Shown here one piece after another: positions 22,641 through 33,575 of a stretch of DNA of 46,889 nucleotides (position 1 is the stretch's first letter; every line of letters starts with the position of its first letter). The notes under the pieces were generated by a model, which saw only the letters and a list, made by a program, of their open reading frames with translations, ran no database searches and was not told where the DNA came from. The stretch comes from a bacterium. GTDB lineage: Bacteria; UBA8248. The translations under genes and the position numbers were made by a program. Location of the stretch: positions 1 to 46,889 of the forward strand of contig CBDBZY010000019.1 in the NCBI GenBank assembly GCA_965213685.1. The letters run 5' to 3'.

Positions 22641-24560
22641 CTAGGCCTGGCCGGGCGCCAGGTCCGGCGGCGACGCCTGCGGATCCTTGCGAGGCGTTTC
22701 CCCGGGCTGTGGAGAAACCGGTGCGCTTCCTTCGCCGACTTCGTCCTTTTTCTTCCTGCTCCTGGAAATTTTCCCGGTCTCCATCAAGGATTCGATGTCC
22801 TGCAGGTCGATGGTCTCATACTCCAGGAGCGCATTCGCCAGCAGGTCGAGCTTGCTGCGATTCTCCTCGAGCAGGTTGTACGCCCTGTCATAGCCCGCCG
22901 AGACCATGTCCTTCACCTCATTGTCGATCTCCAGTGCCACCTGATCGCTATAGTCCCTGTGCTGGGATATTTCCCGACCCAGAAAAATCTGCTCATGCTT
23001 CTTGCCGTAGGCGAGGGGGCCGAGCTTCTCGCTCATCCCCCACTCGCAAACCATGCTTCTGGCCAGGTCGGTGGACGTCTGGATGTCGGCCTTCGCCCCT
23101 GTAGTCAATTCCTCGAACACCAGCATCTCCGCCGCGCGTCCGCCCATCAGGCAGGCCAGCTGGTTCTTCAGAAAGGTCCTGTCGTTGCTGTAGCGATCCT
23201 CGAGGGGAGAGGACCACGTGCTCCCCAGCGAGAAGCCGCGCGGGATGATCGTCACCTTCTCGACGGGGTCCGTCCCGGGAATCAGCAACGCCACGAGGGC
23301 GTGGCCCGCCTCGTGGTAGGCCGTGCTCCTCCTCTCCTTTTCGCTGAGCGACATGCTGCGCCGCTCCTTGCCCATCAAGACCTTGTCCTTCGCCTCCATC
23401 AGGTCTTCATTCTGAACGGAGCGCTTCCCGCGCCGCGCCGCCAGGAGCGCGGACTCGTTCAGGAGATTCGCCAGGTCGGCGCCCGCGAATCGCGGCGTGC
23501 CGCGGGCGATGATGTTCAAATCGACGGATTCATCGAGCGGCACCTTTCCGGCGTGCACCTTCAGAATCGCCAGGCGTCCCTTGATGTCCGGCAAGGAGAC
23601 GATAATCTGCCGGTCGAAGCGGCCCGGCCGGAGGAGCGCCGGGTCCAGGACGTCGGGGCGGTTCGTCGCCGCGATCAAGATGACCCCGTCGTTCGACTCG
23701 AAGCCGTCCATCTCGACGAGGAGCTGGTTGAGCGTCTGCTCGCGCTCGTCGTGGCCGCCGCCGAGGCCGGCGCCCCTGTGCCGCCCGACGGCGTCAATCT
23801 CGTCGATGAAAATGATGCACGGCGCGTTCGACTTGCCCTGCTCGAACAAGTCCCGCACCCTCGACGCCCCGACGCCAACGAACATCTCGACGAAACTCGA
23901 CCCGCTGATCGAGAAAAACGGCACGTCCGCCTCGCCCGCGATGGCGCGCGCCAGCAGGGTTTTGCCCGTGCCCGGAGGGCCGACCATGAGGACCCCCTTG
24001 GGGATGCGCGCGCCCAGGCGGGTGAACTTTTGCGGATCGCGGAGAAAATCCACCAGCTCCTCGAGCTCTTCTTTCGCCTCCTCGATGCCGGCCACGTCCG
24101 CGAACGTGATCTTTTTCTTGGCGGACTCCGGCATCATCCGCGCCTTGCTCTTCCCGAATGACAGCGCCTTGGAGCCTCCCATCTGCATTTGCCGCATGAA
24201 GAAAATCCACACGCCCAGCATCACGAGCATGGGCAGCCAGCTCAGCAGCATGTTCATGTACCAGGCGTTCTGCTCCACGGGCTGTGCCGTGATGCGGACG
24301 CCCTTGGCCCGGAGCGTATCGATGAGTTTCGGGTCCTTGGGGGCGTAGGTCTGGAACGCCCTGCCGCTGAGGTAGCGGCCCCGAACGTTGTCTCCCTGGA
24401 CGATCACCTCGCTCACCTGGCCATCGTCCACCGCCTTGAGAAAATCGCTGTAGACGACGGTTCTTTCCATCGAGCGCGGGCCGTTGAAGGCCTGGAAAAG
24501 CCCCACCATGATCAAGCCGATAATCAGCCAAAGCGCCAAATTCTTGTAAAATTGGTTCAA
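22641..24560 (-). CDS. ftsH: ATP-dependent zinc metalloprotease FtsH
   Basis: TTG start ([11 protein letters not shown]) after GAGGGAAGG, two TM segments, [21 protein letters not shown] and HEAGH. Confidence 0.96.
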   Translation of the reverse strand: MNQFYKNLALWLIIGLIMVGLFQAFNGPRSMERTVVYSDFLKAVDDGQVSEVIVQGDNVRGRYLSGRAFQTYAPKDPKLIDTLRAKGVRITAQPVEQNAWYMNMLLSWLPMLVMLGVWIFFMRQMQMGGSKALSFGKSKARMMPESAKKKITFADVAGIEEAKEELEELVDFLRDPQKFTRLGARIPKGVLMVGPPGTGKTLLARAIAGEADVPFFSISGSSFVEMFVGVGASRVRDLFEQGKSNAPCIIFIDEIDAVGRHRGAGLGGGHDEREQTLNQLLVEMDGFESNDGVILIAATNRPDVLDPALLRPGRFDRQIIVSLPDIKGRLAILKVHAGKVPLDESVDLNIIARGTPRFAGADLANLLNESALLAARRGKRSVQNEDLMEAKDKVLMGKERRSMSLSEKERRSTAYHEAGHALVALLIPGTDPVEKVTIIPRGFSLGSTWSSPLEDRYSNDRTFLKNQLACLMGGRAAEMLVFEELTTGAKADIQTSTDLARSMVCEWGMSEKLGPLAYGKKHEQIFLGREISQHRDYSDQVALEIDNEVKDMVSAGYDRAYNLLEENRSKLDLLANALLEYETIDLQDIESLMETGKISRSRKKKDEVGEGSAPVSPQPGETPRKDPQASPPDLAPGQA

Positions 24561-24691
24561 AATACGTTCCTTCCCTCTCGGATGGGCATTTCCCTGGCGA
24601 CCTCTCCCAGACAAGGTATCAGGATTATTCGCATCCGTCCATGAGGGGAGGCCTCGCATCCCGCGCGAAGGGACAAGCGAAGCCTCTCCCG

Positions 24692-26200
24692 TCAGTCGCC
24701 GGATGCGCCCGCGAGTCTTTTCTCCTCCCCGCCCTCGCGCAACGCCCTGAGAACGACCCCTCCCCTCGCCTTCGGGCCGCACGCGAATTCCGCCGAAACC
24801 CGATGGCCGATTATCCACGCGACCTTCTCCCGCACGGCCAGCAAAGGGAGCCGGTTCCGCGAGGATTTCGGTATTTTCTGCTCCATCAGGTAGTCCTTGA
24901 GCTTCCTCTCCTTCTCGCGGCCCGGGGGATGAAATCTGTCCCCATCGCGCCGGGTGCGTATGCGGGCGTCCGCGCCCAGCTTTTCCGGGTCGAGGCGCGC
25001 TTCCCACAACAACGGCCCCTCCGGCTGATGCGCGCCTCCCCCCCGGGAGGCTTCGATCGCCAGCCCCAGGGAGCGATGCACCGTCCTCCCCGGAATCCGC
25101 AGCCTCCGCTCCTCCGTCCACCTCGCATCGACGCGGGCGCGTCCAAGCAGGAGCCGGTCATACTCCCTCCTCGCCTCCAGGCCGCCCGGCAGACTCAAGA
25201 CGCCCGAGGGATTTCCCCTCCCCCTCGCGAGGCGGTCCAGCCCCTCGATCCATCTTCGGAGGGCGCGCCTGCGCGGGCGGGCGGGCGAGACGCTCCCGAG
25301 CGCCTCCAGCGCCGCGCGCCAGACACCGGCGCGTATCGCCCGGTTGAGCTTCTCCACCTCCCGCAGGGGGGAAACGGCGACCCTCCCGTCCGCCTCGCGG
25401 ATGAGCCTAGCGCTCGCCTCCGCCGTCATCCCGTTCACGAGGGAGACGAGCGGCGCCGATATTTCCGCGCTCTTAACGATTCCGCGGACCGCCGCATCGC
25501 CCAGGTTCTCCCGAATCGCCGGGATGACGTTCCGGCGTATCCGGTTTCGGAGGCGGCTTTCGTCCCGGTTGGTTTCATCCTCGACCCAGGAGACGCCCCG
25601 CGCCTCCAGATACTCCAGAATTTCCGCGCGCGAGAAGTCCAGCAAGGGGCGGATAACGTGGAGCCCGTCTCCCTCTTTGGACGCGAGCAGGGTCCGCCAT
25701 CCCATGCCCGCGATCCCCCGCGCCCCGGCGCCCTCGAACAGGCGCATGAGCACGGTCTCGGCCTGATCGTCCCTGTTGTGCGCCAGGGCGAGGGCGTCAG
25801 CCCCTGTCTCCCGGGCGACCTCCAGGAAGGCCGCGCGCCTCGATTCACGGGCGGCGCCCTCCAGTCCCCAGTGCGCCGACTGCCGCACGCGAACGCGCTT
25901 GCAACGGAAATCTACGCCGAACTCCCGACACACGCTCTCGGCGTGACGGGCGTCTCGCTCCGACGCGCCGCCTCGGAGCCCGTGCTCGACGTGAACGGCG
26001 CAAAGCGGCTGGGATTCCGGCAAGACCGCCTGCATGGACAACAAAAGGGCGGTGGAGTCCGCCCCGCCGGAAAAGCCGACGAGCAGGGGGGCGGGCGTCA
26101 CCTCATGGGCGGCGCGCCGAAGCCCCGCTCGCACCCTGGACTCGAACGCTTTTTTTGTCTTCCGGGAAGGAGGTTGTCGCCGGGCTGTGTCCGAGGCCAT
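24692..26200 (-). CDS. tilS: tRNA(Ile)-lysidine synthase
   Basis: Motifs SGGADS, HVEHGLRG, AHNRDDQAET, IRPLL, RNRIR and C-terminal KLKDYLMEQKIP. Confidence 0.93.
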   Translation of the reverse strand: MASDTARRQPPSRKTKKAFESRVRAGLRRAAHEVTPAPLLVGFSGGADSTALLLSMQAVLPESQPLCAVHVEHGLRGGASERDARHAESVCREFGVDFRCKRVRVRQSAHWGLEGAARESRRAAFLEVARETGADALALAHNRDDQAETVLMRLFEGAGARGIAGMGWRTLLASKEGDGLHVIRPLLDFSRAEILEYLEARGVSWVEDETNRDESRLRNRIRRNVIPAIRENLGDAAVRGIVKSAEISAPLVSLVNGMTAEASARLIREADGRVAVSPLREVEKLNRAIRAGVWRAALEALGSVSPARPRRRALRRWIEGLDRLARGRGNPSGVLSLPGGLEARREYDRLLLGRARVDARWTEERRLRIPGRTVHRSLGLAIEASRGGGAHQPEGPLLWEARLDPEKLGADARIRTRRDGDRFHPPGREKERKLKDYLMEQKIPKSSRNRLPLLAVREKVAWIIGHRVSAEFACGPKARGGVVLRALREGGEEKRLAGASGD

Positions 26201-26232
26201 GGAGAGCGTCCTCTCCCCAGACGGCAGGAAAA

Positions 26233-26309
26233 TGGTAGCGGCGGAGGGACTTGAACCCCCAACACTACGGATATGAGCCGTATGCTCTAACCGGTTGAGC
26301 TACGCCGCC
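26233..26309 (-). tRNA. tRNA-Met(CAT), elongator type
   Basis: GGCGGCGTAGCTCAACCGGTTAGAGCATACGGCTCATATCCGTAGTGTTGGGGGTTCAAGTCCCTCCGCCGCTACCA forms a cloverleaf with CAT anticodon and encoded CCA. It lacks the C1:A72 mismatch and the GGG/CCC anticodon stem of initiator tRNA. Confidence 0.92.
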
Positions 26310-26323
26310 AGAATGTGTCCCTG

Positions 26324-26479
26324 TCAGGGAGACTGCTTGGGTCGGAAAATGGCGAAAAAGAACATGCCCGAGAGAATATAGAAAAACACCCGAAAACCGA
26401 TGTCTTCCACGCGAAAGCCCACCATCAGGCACAAATATCCGAAAAAGAGCAAGATCAAAATTTCAATTTCACGTCTCAT
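26324..26479 (-). CDS. small (51 aa) two-TM membrane protein, hypothetical
   Basis: MRREIEILILLFFGYLCLMVGFRVEDIGFRVFFYILSGMFFFAIFRPKQSP, with a GAGGAG RBS upstream. Below the ORF-track size cutoff. Confidence 0.6.
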   Translation of the reverse strand: MRREIEILILLFFGYLCLMVGFRVEDIGFRVFFYILSGMFFFAIFRPKQSP

Positions 26480-26496
26480 GATTTATCGTCTGCTCC

Positions 26497-26670
26497 TCAT
26501 TTGGTGCCTTCGGACGAAGGCGGCGCTCCCTTCGGCCGCCCTTGCCGCAATCTCAGGTCAGGAGAAAACTCCGGGCAAAAAATCGCCCCGTTCGGCTCGT
26601 TGCGATATTTCAGGCGACAACCCTCTCGCCAGGCGCAAACGGCACACTCGCGAACCCCCTGATAGGCCAT
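26497..26670 (-). CDS. small (57 aa) four-cysteine putative metal-binding protein
   Basis: MAYQGVRECAVCAWREGCRLKYRNEPNGAIFCPEFSPDLRLRQGRPKGAPPSSEGTK, with a GGGGAGGG RBS upstream. Below the ORF-track size cutoff. Confidence 0.65.
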   Translation of the reverse strand: MAYQGVRECAVCAWREGCRLKYRNEPNGAIFCPEFSPDLRLRQGRPKGAPPSSEGTK

Positions 26671-26716
26671 GCGCAACCACCCTCCCCCTGAAAAGGCCGC
26701 CTGCCCACAGAAGCAG

Positions 26717-26746
26717 AATATAAATGCCCAGGGCCGAGAACGTCAA
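26717..26746 (-). promoter_or_regulatory. putative sigma70 promoter for the small ORFs/tRNA-Met/tilS
   Basis: TTGACG-N18-TATATT. Confidence 0.45.
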
Positions 26747-26843
26747 GTTTTCTATTCCTCCCCCCAGGTGCCTCCGGGATGGGGAGGCGCTAGCGGGAAA
26801 ACCCCCCGGGCGCGGCGGGGCGTGGCTTCGAGAACCCGGAAAA

Positions 26844-28565
26844 TCAACCGGCGGCCTTCATCTCCCCGGAAACCAGGGCCTCCAGAAAAGACGCCGCCTC
26901 TTCCGCCGCCACGAGGCGCGTCTCCCCCGACTTGCGGGATTTCACCTCGATCCGCCCCTCCCGGAGTCCCCGCGGCCCGACGATCGCCTTGTAGGGAAAC
27001 CCGATCAGGTCGGCGTCCTTGAACTTCACGCCCGGCCGCTCGTCCCTGTCATCCAGCACAGCCTCCACGCCGGTGGAGAGGAGCGCGTCGTACATGCGGT
27101 CACAAACCCGCATCGTCTCCCCATCGTCCGCCTTCACGGGGATGATCGCCACGTGGTAGGGAGCGATGGGAGTCGGCCAAACGATGCCGTCCGCATCATG
27201 GTTCTGTTCTATCGCCGCCGCCACCGTGCGTCCCACGCCAATGCCATAACAACCCATGACGACAGGGCGCGTCTCGCCGTTTTCATCCTGATAGGCGGCG
27301 CCGAGCGCCTCGGAATACTTGCAACCCAGCTTGAAGACGTGCCCCACCTCGATGCCGCGCCTGACGCTGAGCGCAGCCCCGCATTCGGGGCAGGCGTCCC
27401 CCGCCTCGGCGATGGTGAGGTCCGCGAATTCGCCCGCCGCAAAATCACGTCCCTCGCGCGCGCCACGATAGTGATGGTCCGTCTCATTCGCGCCGATGAC
27501 GAGTCCGCCGGCGCCCCGGATGGCGTGATCGGCGATGGTGAGACGAACGCCCGACAAGCCGACGGGGGCCCGCGAAACCCACTGCGGAGCGGGTGATCCT
27601 CTCCACCGTCCCGGGGTCGGCGAGCTCGACCTCCACTGCGCCGAGCGCGTTCTTGAGCTTCGTTTCGTTCAACTCCCTGTGGCCGGGAATCACCGCCGCC
27701 ACAGGTTCGCCATCCGCGACATACAGGAGGGTCTTGGCCATCCGGTGCGGCGGCAGGGAGAAGAACGCGGCCACCTCCTCAATCGTATGGGCGCCGGGAG
27801 TGTGCACCTTCTCGAGTTCGCCCCCCTCGTTGGCGGAGAGCTCCAGGCGAACCGGCGACTTCTCCACGTTCGCCGCATAGCCGCACGAATCGCACACGGC
27901 GACGGCCTCCTCGCCCGTATCGGCCATGACCATGAACTCGTGCGAGAAACTCCCGCCGATGGCGCCCGAGTCCGCCTCCACCGCGCTGAAGCGGAGGCCG
28001 CAGCGCCGAAATATCCGCGCATAGGCGCGCACCATCTCGTCATAGCTCCGCTCCGCGCCCGCCTCGTCGCGATCGAAGCTGTAGCCGTCCTTCATCGTGA
28101 ATTCGCGCCCGCGCATCACGCCGAAGCGCGGCCGTATCTCGTCGCGGAATTTCGTCTGTATCTGGTAGAGGTTGAGCGGCAGGTCCCGATAGCTCCGCAC
28201 CTCGCGCGCCACGAGGTCGGTGATCACCGTCCTCGTGCGTGGGGCCCAGGCAAAAGTCGCGCTCATGGCGATCTTGCAGGCGCATCAACTCCTTGCCGTA
28301 CACCTCCCAGCGGCCCGTTTTTTTTCCAGAGCTCGGCGGGGTTCAGGGTGGGCAGAAACACCTCCTGCGCACCCGCGCGGTTCAGCTCCTCGCGCAGAAT
28401 CCGCTCCACCTTGCGCTGGACGCGGACGCCGAGGGGCAAAAGCGTGTACACGCCCGCCGCCAGGCGCCGAATCATGCCCGAGCGCACCATGAGCGTGTGG
28501 CTGACGACTTCCGCCTCCGCCGGCGCTTCTTTCAGTGTGGGGAAAAACCCTCGCGAGAATCGCAT
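26844..28565 (-). CDS. proS: proline--tRNA ligase (three apparent +1 frameshifts at ~28320, ~28230 and ~27565)
   Basis: Consecutive pieces [62 protein letters not shown], YbaK-like editing domain, and [27 protein letters not shown]. Confidence 0.93.
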
Positions 28566-28578
28566 GAATCAGCAGTTT

Positions 28579-29826
28579 CTAGGGGAGGGCCGCTTGATAG
28601 GATTTTTTCTGGGGACGTTGCGCGGAGTGCTGCGCCGCGAGCGCCTCCACGCGCTCGACCAGATTTTTCTTGATGTCCTCATAGGCCACCAGGCCAGCCT
28701 TCTCGCCCTTCATGAAAATCAGGGCGCGCCTGTGGCCGCCGGCCACGCCAATGTCGGCCTCTTTGGCCTCGCCCGGGCCGTTCACCTCGCAGCCCATGAC
28801 GGCCACCGTGATGGGGGCGTCGATATGGGCGAGTTCCCGCTCCACCTCCATCGTCAGCTTGTCCACGTCAATCTGGACGCGGCCGCAGGAGGGACACGCG
28901 ACGACGTTCACGCCCCTCTGGCGCAGCTTGAGGCTCTTGAGGATTTCATAGGCCACGCGCACCTCCTCCACCGGGTCCGCCGCGAGGGAGACGCGCAGGG
29001 TGTCGCCGATGCCCTCGGCGAGCAGAATCCCCAGGCCGACGGCGCTCTTGACGCTCCCCGTCCGAAGGCTTCCGCTCTCCGTGATGCCCAGGTGGAGAGG
29101 GTATTCCACGCGCCCGGCCATCAACCGGTAGGCCTGCACCGTCCTCGAAACGTCGGAGGCCTTCAGGGAGATTTTCGTGTCGTAAAAGCCGCGCTTCTCC
29201 AGCATGGCGACATGCCGCAGGCCGCTCTCCACCATCGCCTCGGGCGTCGCGCCGCCAAAGCGGTCCAGCAGGTGCTTCTCCAGGGAGCCGGCGTTCACCC
29301 CCACGCGGATGGGCAGGCCGTGGTCTTTCGCCGAGGCGACCACCTCGCTCACCCTGTCCTCGCCATTGATGTTGCCCGGGTTGATGCGCAGGCAGTCGAC
29401 CCCCGCATCCGCCGCCATCAGCGCGTAGCGGTAGTCGAAATGAATGTCCGCCACCAGGGGCATCCGCGTGCGCTTTCGGATTTCCGGCAACGCCTGGGCC
29501 GACCTTTCATCGGGAACCGCCAGGCGCACGATTTCGCACCCGGCGGCTTCCAGGCGCTGGATTTGCTCGACGGTTCGCGCCACGTCGTGCGTGTAGGTGT
29601 TGCACATCGACTGCACGGAGATGGGCGCCCCCGCCGCCGACGCTCACGCCGCCCACCCTGGATCTGGAGGCTTTTTCGGCGATGGAGGGGAAAGGAGGAG
29701 GGATGCGCGCAGGGGCGGCGCCTCGCCCGCCATCGGCAGGGCGGGTACGCCCCCCTCCCTGGGCGGGAGCCCGACCCCGGGGACCGGTTTTGTGGAAAAC
29801 ACATCGTCCGTGAACGGCTCGAACAT
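28579..29826 (-). CDS. ispG: (E)-4-hydroxy-3-methylbut-2-enyl-diphosphate synthase (5' part frameshifted, start uncertain)
   Basis: Motifs QSMCNT, PLVADIHF, RINPGN, GIGDTLRVSL, CPSCGR and MGCEVNGPGEA. The N-terminal RRKSLQI/RVGGVSVGGG/APISVQSM is spread over frames at 29620-29700. Confidence 0.92.
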
Positions 29827-29842
29827 CACACCACAACCTTCG

Positions 29843-31037
29843 TCATTGGCCCTTTGCATTCCCGGAGGATGGCGCACTGGCGTTTCCGCCCCCCGTCCGT
29901 CCCTTCTCTCGCGCGATGGATGGCGCCTCGCCTCCGAAGAGATAATACACGCTGTCCTTGTAGGTGGCAAAGATCATCAGGCCAATGAGCAGGACGGTGC
30001 CCACCTGCATGGCCATCTCGCGGATTCTCAGGCTGACGGGCTTTCCCCCGCAAGCCCTCGATGAGCAGGAAAAGGATGTGCCCCCCGTCGAGAACCGGAA
30101 TCGGCAACAGATTCAGGATCGCCAGATTCACGCTGAGGAGGATCGTGAACATCACGAGGTAGCGGAATCCGCGCTGGGCCTGCTCCGCCGCCACCACGGA
30201 AATGCGAATCGGCCCGCCGATGTCGGCCGGAATCGTTTTCGTGAGCATCGAATACAGCGTCACGACCGTCAGGCGGGCGATGGCGTAGTTTTGCTGCAGG
30301 CTCCGCCGCAAAGACTCGAAGAAGCCGAATCGCTCGGTGTAGGAGCCTTTGCCGATGCTGATGCCGATACGTCCGTAACCCAGCTCCTTGCCGGTCGCAC
30401 TCCTCGAGGTGGGGACGATGACGGTCTCCAGGGACTGGCGGCCGCGCTCCACCTTCAGCGCCAGTTTTTTGCCGGCGCTCTTTCGGACGATCTCGACCAG
30501 CTCGGACCATTTCCGGACCGGCCTCCCGTCGATGGCCACAATGCGATCTCCGGTCTTCAGGTCGGCGCTCTGGGCCGGCGTGCCGGGGAAAACGCCGCCC
30601 ACCCAGGTGCCCGGCACGGGAACCCCGCCCAGGTGCAGCCCCCAGCTCAGGAGTATCGCCAGGACGACGTTGAACGCAGGGCCCGCCGAAATGACCGCGA
30701 ACCGGTGGCTCACCGGGCGCAGGTAAAAGGATTTTTCTCGCTCGTCCGGCGCCTTGCGGGCGTCGGGAGCGGCGGGCGCCGCCTCCGGGTCCTCGCCCAC
30801 GAGTTTCACATACCCGCCCAGCGGGATGAGCGATACGCGATATTCCGTCTCCCCCCTCTGAAAGCCCCAGATGCGGCGCCCAAAGCCCAGCGAAAACGTG
30901 GAGACGCCGATTTTTAGCCATTTGGCTACGAGATGGTGGCCCAGCTCATGGATAAAAATGAGCAGACCCAGCACCAGCACGGCCCAGAAAATCGTCTGCC
31001 CCAAACCCATCACCCAGCCCAGGATGTGCGTTGTCAT
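29843..31037 (-). CDS. rseP: RIP metalloprotease RseP (+1 frameshift at ~30045)
   Basis: HELGH, IPLGGYVK, AGPAFN, PDZ domain and NLLPIPVLDGGH. The corrected C-terminus GKPVSLRIREMAMQVG..ATYKD ends at 29843. Confidence 0.92.
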
Positions 31038-31051
31038 GATCGGATGAGCCC

Positions 31052-31801
31052 TTACCTGTCGCCGGCCGGCTGGCCTGGCATGTGCACCACCTCCACATGG
31101 GGCGGTGCGATGAACCGAAACTTCTCGCCCGAGATTCTGACGCCCTCTTCCACGTTTGAAAACCGCAAGCGGCTCCTGTTGCCGAGATTGTCCGTATACG
31201 CCAGGGAGAGGATGGCGAAGCTCCCGGCCTCCACCTCCAGCCACATCCGGCGAAACGAGGCGTTGGGAGACTTCGGCTCCAGGCGAATGCGATGCGGATG
31301 CCCCGCCCGCCAGATTCCTCCGCCTCGCCGGGCTATCCCGATTTCCTCCACGAACACGTCAAAATTCTTCCTCAAATCCCCCTCCCCGGCCAGGAACAAC
31401 AGGGGCGTGGGGCCGCCAAAGGCGGCACGCCCGGGCTGCGAGACCACCACTTGCCGGAAGCGGGGCGTGTAGAGCCAGAACGTCTGGCCGTCGGAGACCA
31501 GAACCTGCATTTCAGGCTCGCGATACTCCAGGCGCAGTCTGCCCGGCTTCTGCAACAGGAGGCTCCCGCTCGAGGTCGTCGTTCGGCCCAGGGTGCGCAG
31601 CTCGTTTTTCTGCTCGAAAGAGGCGCGCAACGACTCCATCCCTTCGTATTTCTCCTGGAGCGACGCGATGATCCTCTCCGCCTCCGGACGCGCCTCCTTC
31701 TCCATCGGCGCGGGGAAGACGGGCACCCTCGCGAACGCCAGAAACAGAAGACTGCACGCGAGCGTCCGACAAACGTTCGATTTGCGCAAAGTCTCGTTCA
31801 T
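31052..31801 (-). CDS. lolA: outer-membrane lipoprotein carrier protein
   Basis: Signal peptide, LRASFEQ, KPGRLRLEY, VLVSDGQTFWLY and TPLLFL. Confidence 0.85.
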   Translation of the reverse strand: MNETLRKSNVCRTLACSLLFLAFARVPVFPAPMEKEARPEAERIIASLQEKYEGMESLRASFEQKNELRTLGRTTTSSGSLLLQKPGRLRLEYREPEMQVLVSDGQTFWLYTPRFRQVVVSQPGRAAFGGPTPLLFLAGEGDLRKNFDVFVEEIGIARRGGGIWRAGHPHRIRLEPKSPNASFRRMWLEVEAGSFAILSLAYTDNLGNRSRLRFSNVEEGVRISGEKFRFIAPPHVEVVHMPGQPAGDR

Positions 31802-32475
31802 CCTTTCGGGTCGGCGGCCTGGAAGCGGGGGGAGATGAAGCCGTCGCCATCCACGGGTGCGTCCACCGCATATTCTACAACACCGCCCGCGCAGCGCACA
31901 CGCCCCTCGGCGATGAGCCGCACCGCCAGCGGGTATAGGCGGTGCTCGTAGCGGAGGATTCTCTCCGAGAGTGCTCGCTCATCATCCCCGGGGCGCACCG
32001 GCACGGCGGCCTGCAGGATGATCGGCCCAGTATCCACCCCCTCATCCACGAAGTGCACCGTGCAGCCCGCCACCCGCACGCCTGCGTCCAGGGCCTGTCT
32101 TTGCGCGCGCAGGCCGGGGAAACTCGGCAGAAGCGAGGGATGGATGTTGATGATTTTGCCCCGGAAGCGGTCCACGAACCCGGGAGGCAGGATGCGCATG
32201 AAGCCGGCACAGCAGATGAGGCCGATTCCGCAACGCTCGATCTCCTCGCCCATCCTTTGGTAAAACCCGTCCTCCCGGGGGTTGAGGCGCCTGTGCCGTA
32301 TGCCCGCCGCCGCCGCGCGCGCAAGCGCATGCGCCTTTTTCCTGTCGCTGAGGACGAGTGCGACTTCGGCTGGAAAATCCGCGTCCCGCTCCGCGTCGAT
32401 GAGCGCCTGAAGATTCGACCCGCGGCCCGAGGCCAGAACGCCCAGGCGCAAGCGCGTTCGAGGGGACATTCTCAT
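31798..32475 (-). CDS. purN: phosphoribosylglycinamide formyltransferase
   Basis: Motifs GVLASGRGSNLQAL, AGFMRIL, INIHPSLLPSFPG and GCTVHFVDEGVDTGPII. Confidence 0.96.
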   Translation of the reverse strand: MRMSPRTRLRLGVLASGRGSNLQALIDAERDADFPAEVALVLSDRKKAHALARAAAAGIRHRRLNPREDGFYQRMGEEIERCGIGLICCAGFMRILPPGFVDRFRGKIINIHPSLLPSFPGLRAQRQALDAGVRVAGCTVHFVDEGVDTGPIILQAAVPVRPGDDERALSERILRYEHRLYPLAVRLIAEGRVRCAGGVVEYAVDAPVDGDGFISPRFQAADPKG

Positions 32476-33525
32476 ACGCCCGCGATGACGACGGGCGGCT
32501 CGCCCCGCGGCCGCTGAACGACCTCGCCTACGATCAGGGCTTCTTCGCCCGCCGCCGCCAGGAGATCGCGCAGAGATTCCGCCCGACCCGATCTGGCGAA
32601 GAAGACGAGACCCAGACCCATGTTAAAGGTGCGGTACATCTCCGCCGGCGCGACCGGCCCCAGCTCCTGAATCAACGGGAATATCGCCGGAAGGGGCCAT
32701 TTCTCGGGACGCAACACGGCCTGCAGGCCGTCGGGCACCATGCGGCGCACGTTTCCGGGAATGCCGCCCCCCGTGATGTGGGCGACCCCGCTCATTCCCC
32801 GCTCGCCTCGGACGGCGGCCACGCCGTTCGCATAGATGCGGGTCGGCGCCAGGAACGCATCCTCCACCGAGAGGCGGAGCCTTTGCGCCGCGGCCTCCAT
32901 CTTTTCCCTGGAATCGAATATCTTTCGCAACAGGGAGTAGCCGTTGCTGTGAACGCCCGAAGAGGGAAGCGCGAGGATGACGTCGCCCGCCTCCGCGGAG
33001 GGCGCATCGTCCAGCCGCCGCCGCTCGACCACGCCTACGGCGAATCCCGCCAGGTCATACGCCCCGGGCGCATACAGATCGGGCATCTCGGCCGTCTCGC
33101 CCCCGATGAGGGCGCACCCCGCCTCCCGGCAGCCCCGAGCGATCCCGGATACGACATCCGCCAGCACCCCCCGATCGATCCTGCCCGTCGCGATGTAGTC
33201 CAGAAAAAAAAGAGGCTCCGCCCCCGTGGTCAGGATGTCGTTGACGCACATGGCCACCAAATCGACCCCGACGGCGCCATGGCGCCCGAGCCGCTGGGCC
33301 AAAAGCAGTTTCGTGCCGACGCCGTCCGTCCCGGCGACGAGAACCGGGTCTGCGTAATCCCCGCCCAGGCGGAACAGGCCCGCAAAATCCGCCCTCCCCC
33401 TCCAGGATGCGGCCGCCCTGGCGCTCGTGGGTGGACTTCACCGCGCGGGAGATGGCGCGAACGAAACTCTCGCCCGCATCCACGTCGACGCCCGCGCCAC
33501 GGTATGTCACATGGGGATCAGGCAA
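32472..33525 (-). CDS. purM: phosphoribosylformylglycinamidine cyclo-ligase (+1 frameshift at ~33385)
   Basis: [15 protein letters not shown], then the other frame gives [41 protein letters not shown] and TFNMG. Confidence 0.93.
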
Positions 33526-33575
33526 AGGAGGGGTTCCATGAGGGAGCCGGCGGAGTGATTCGGCAAAAAACAAGG

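Noticed and set aside
24561-25121. Long N-terminal extensions of FtsH (also of MutS, LptB, RseP and MerR) in the ORF track
   Set aside because: They overlap upstream genes, and RBS-supported internal starts match the family N-termini.
26558-26746. 62-aa ORF MTFSALGIY.. from the ORF track
   Set aside because: Its TTG start is the -35 hexamer of a promoter-like element, and it overlaps the better-supported Cys-rich ORF in another frame.
26233-26750. Genomic island at tRNA-Met
   Set aside because: The low-GC small ORFs lie at the 5' side of the tRNA. There is no duplicated tRNA 3' end or integrase.
28310-28330. Programmed frameshift or slippage in proS at the A8 run
   Set aside because: Two further insertions in the same gene and many in neighbouring genes point to sequencing error.
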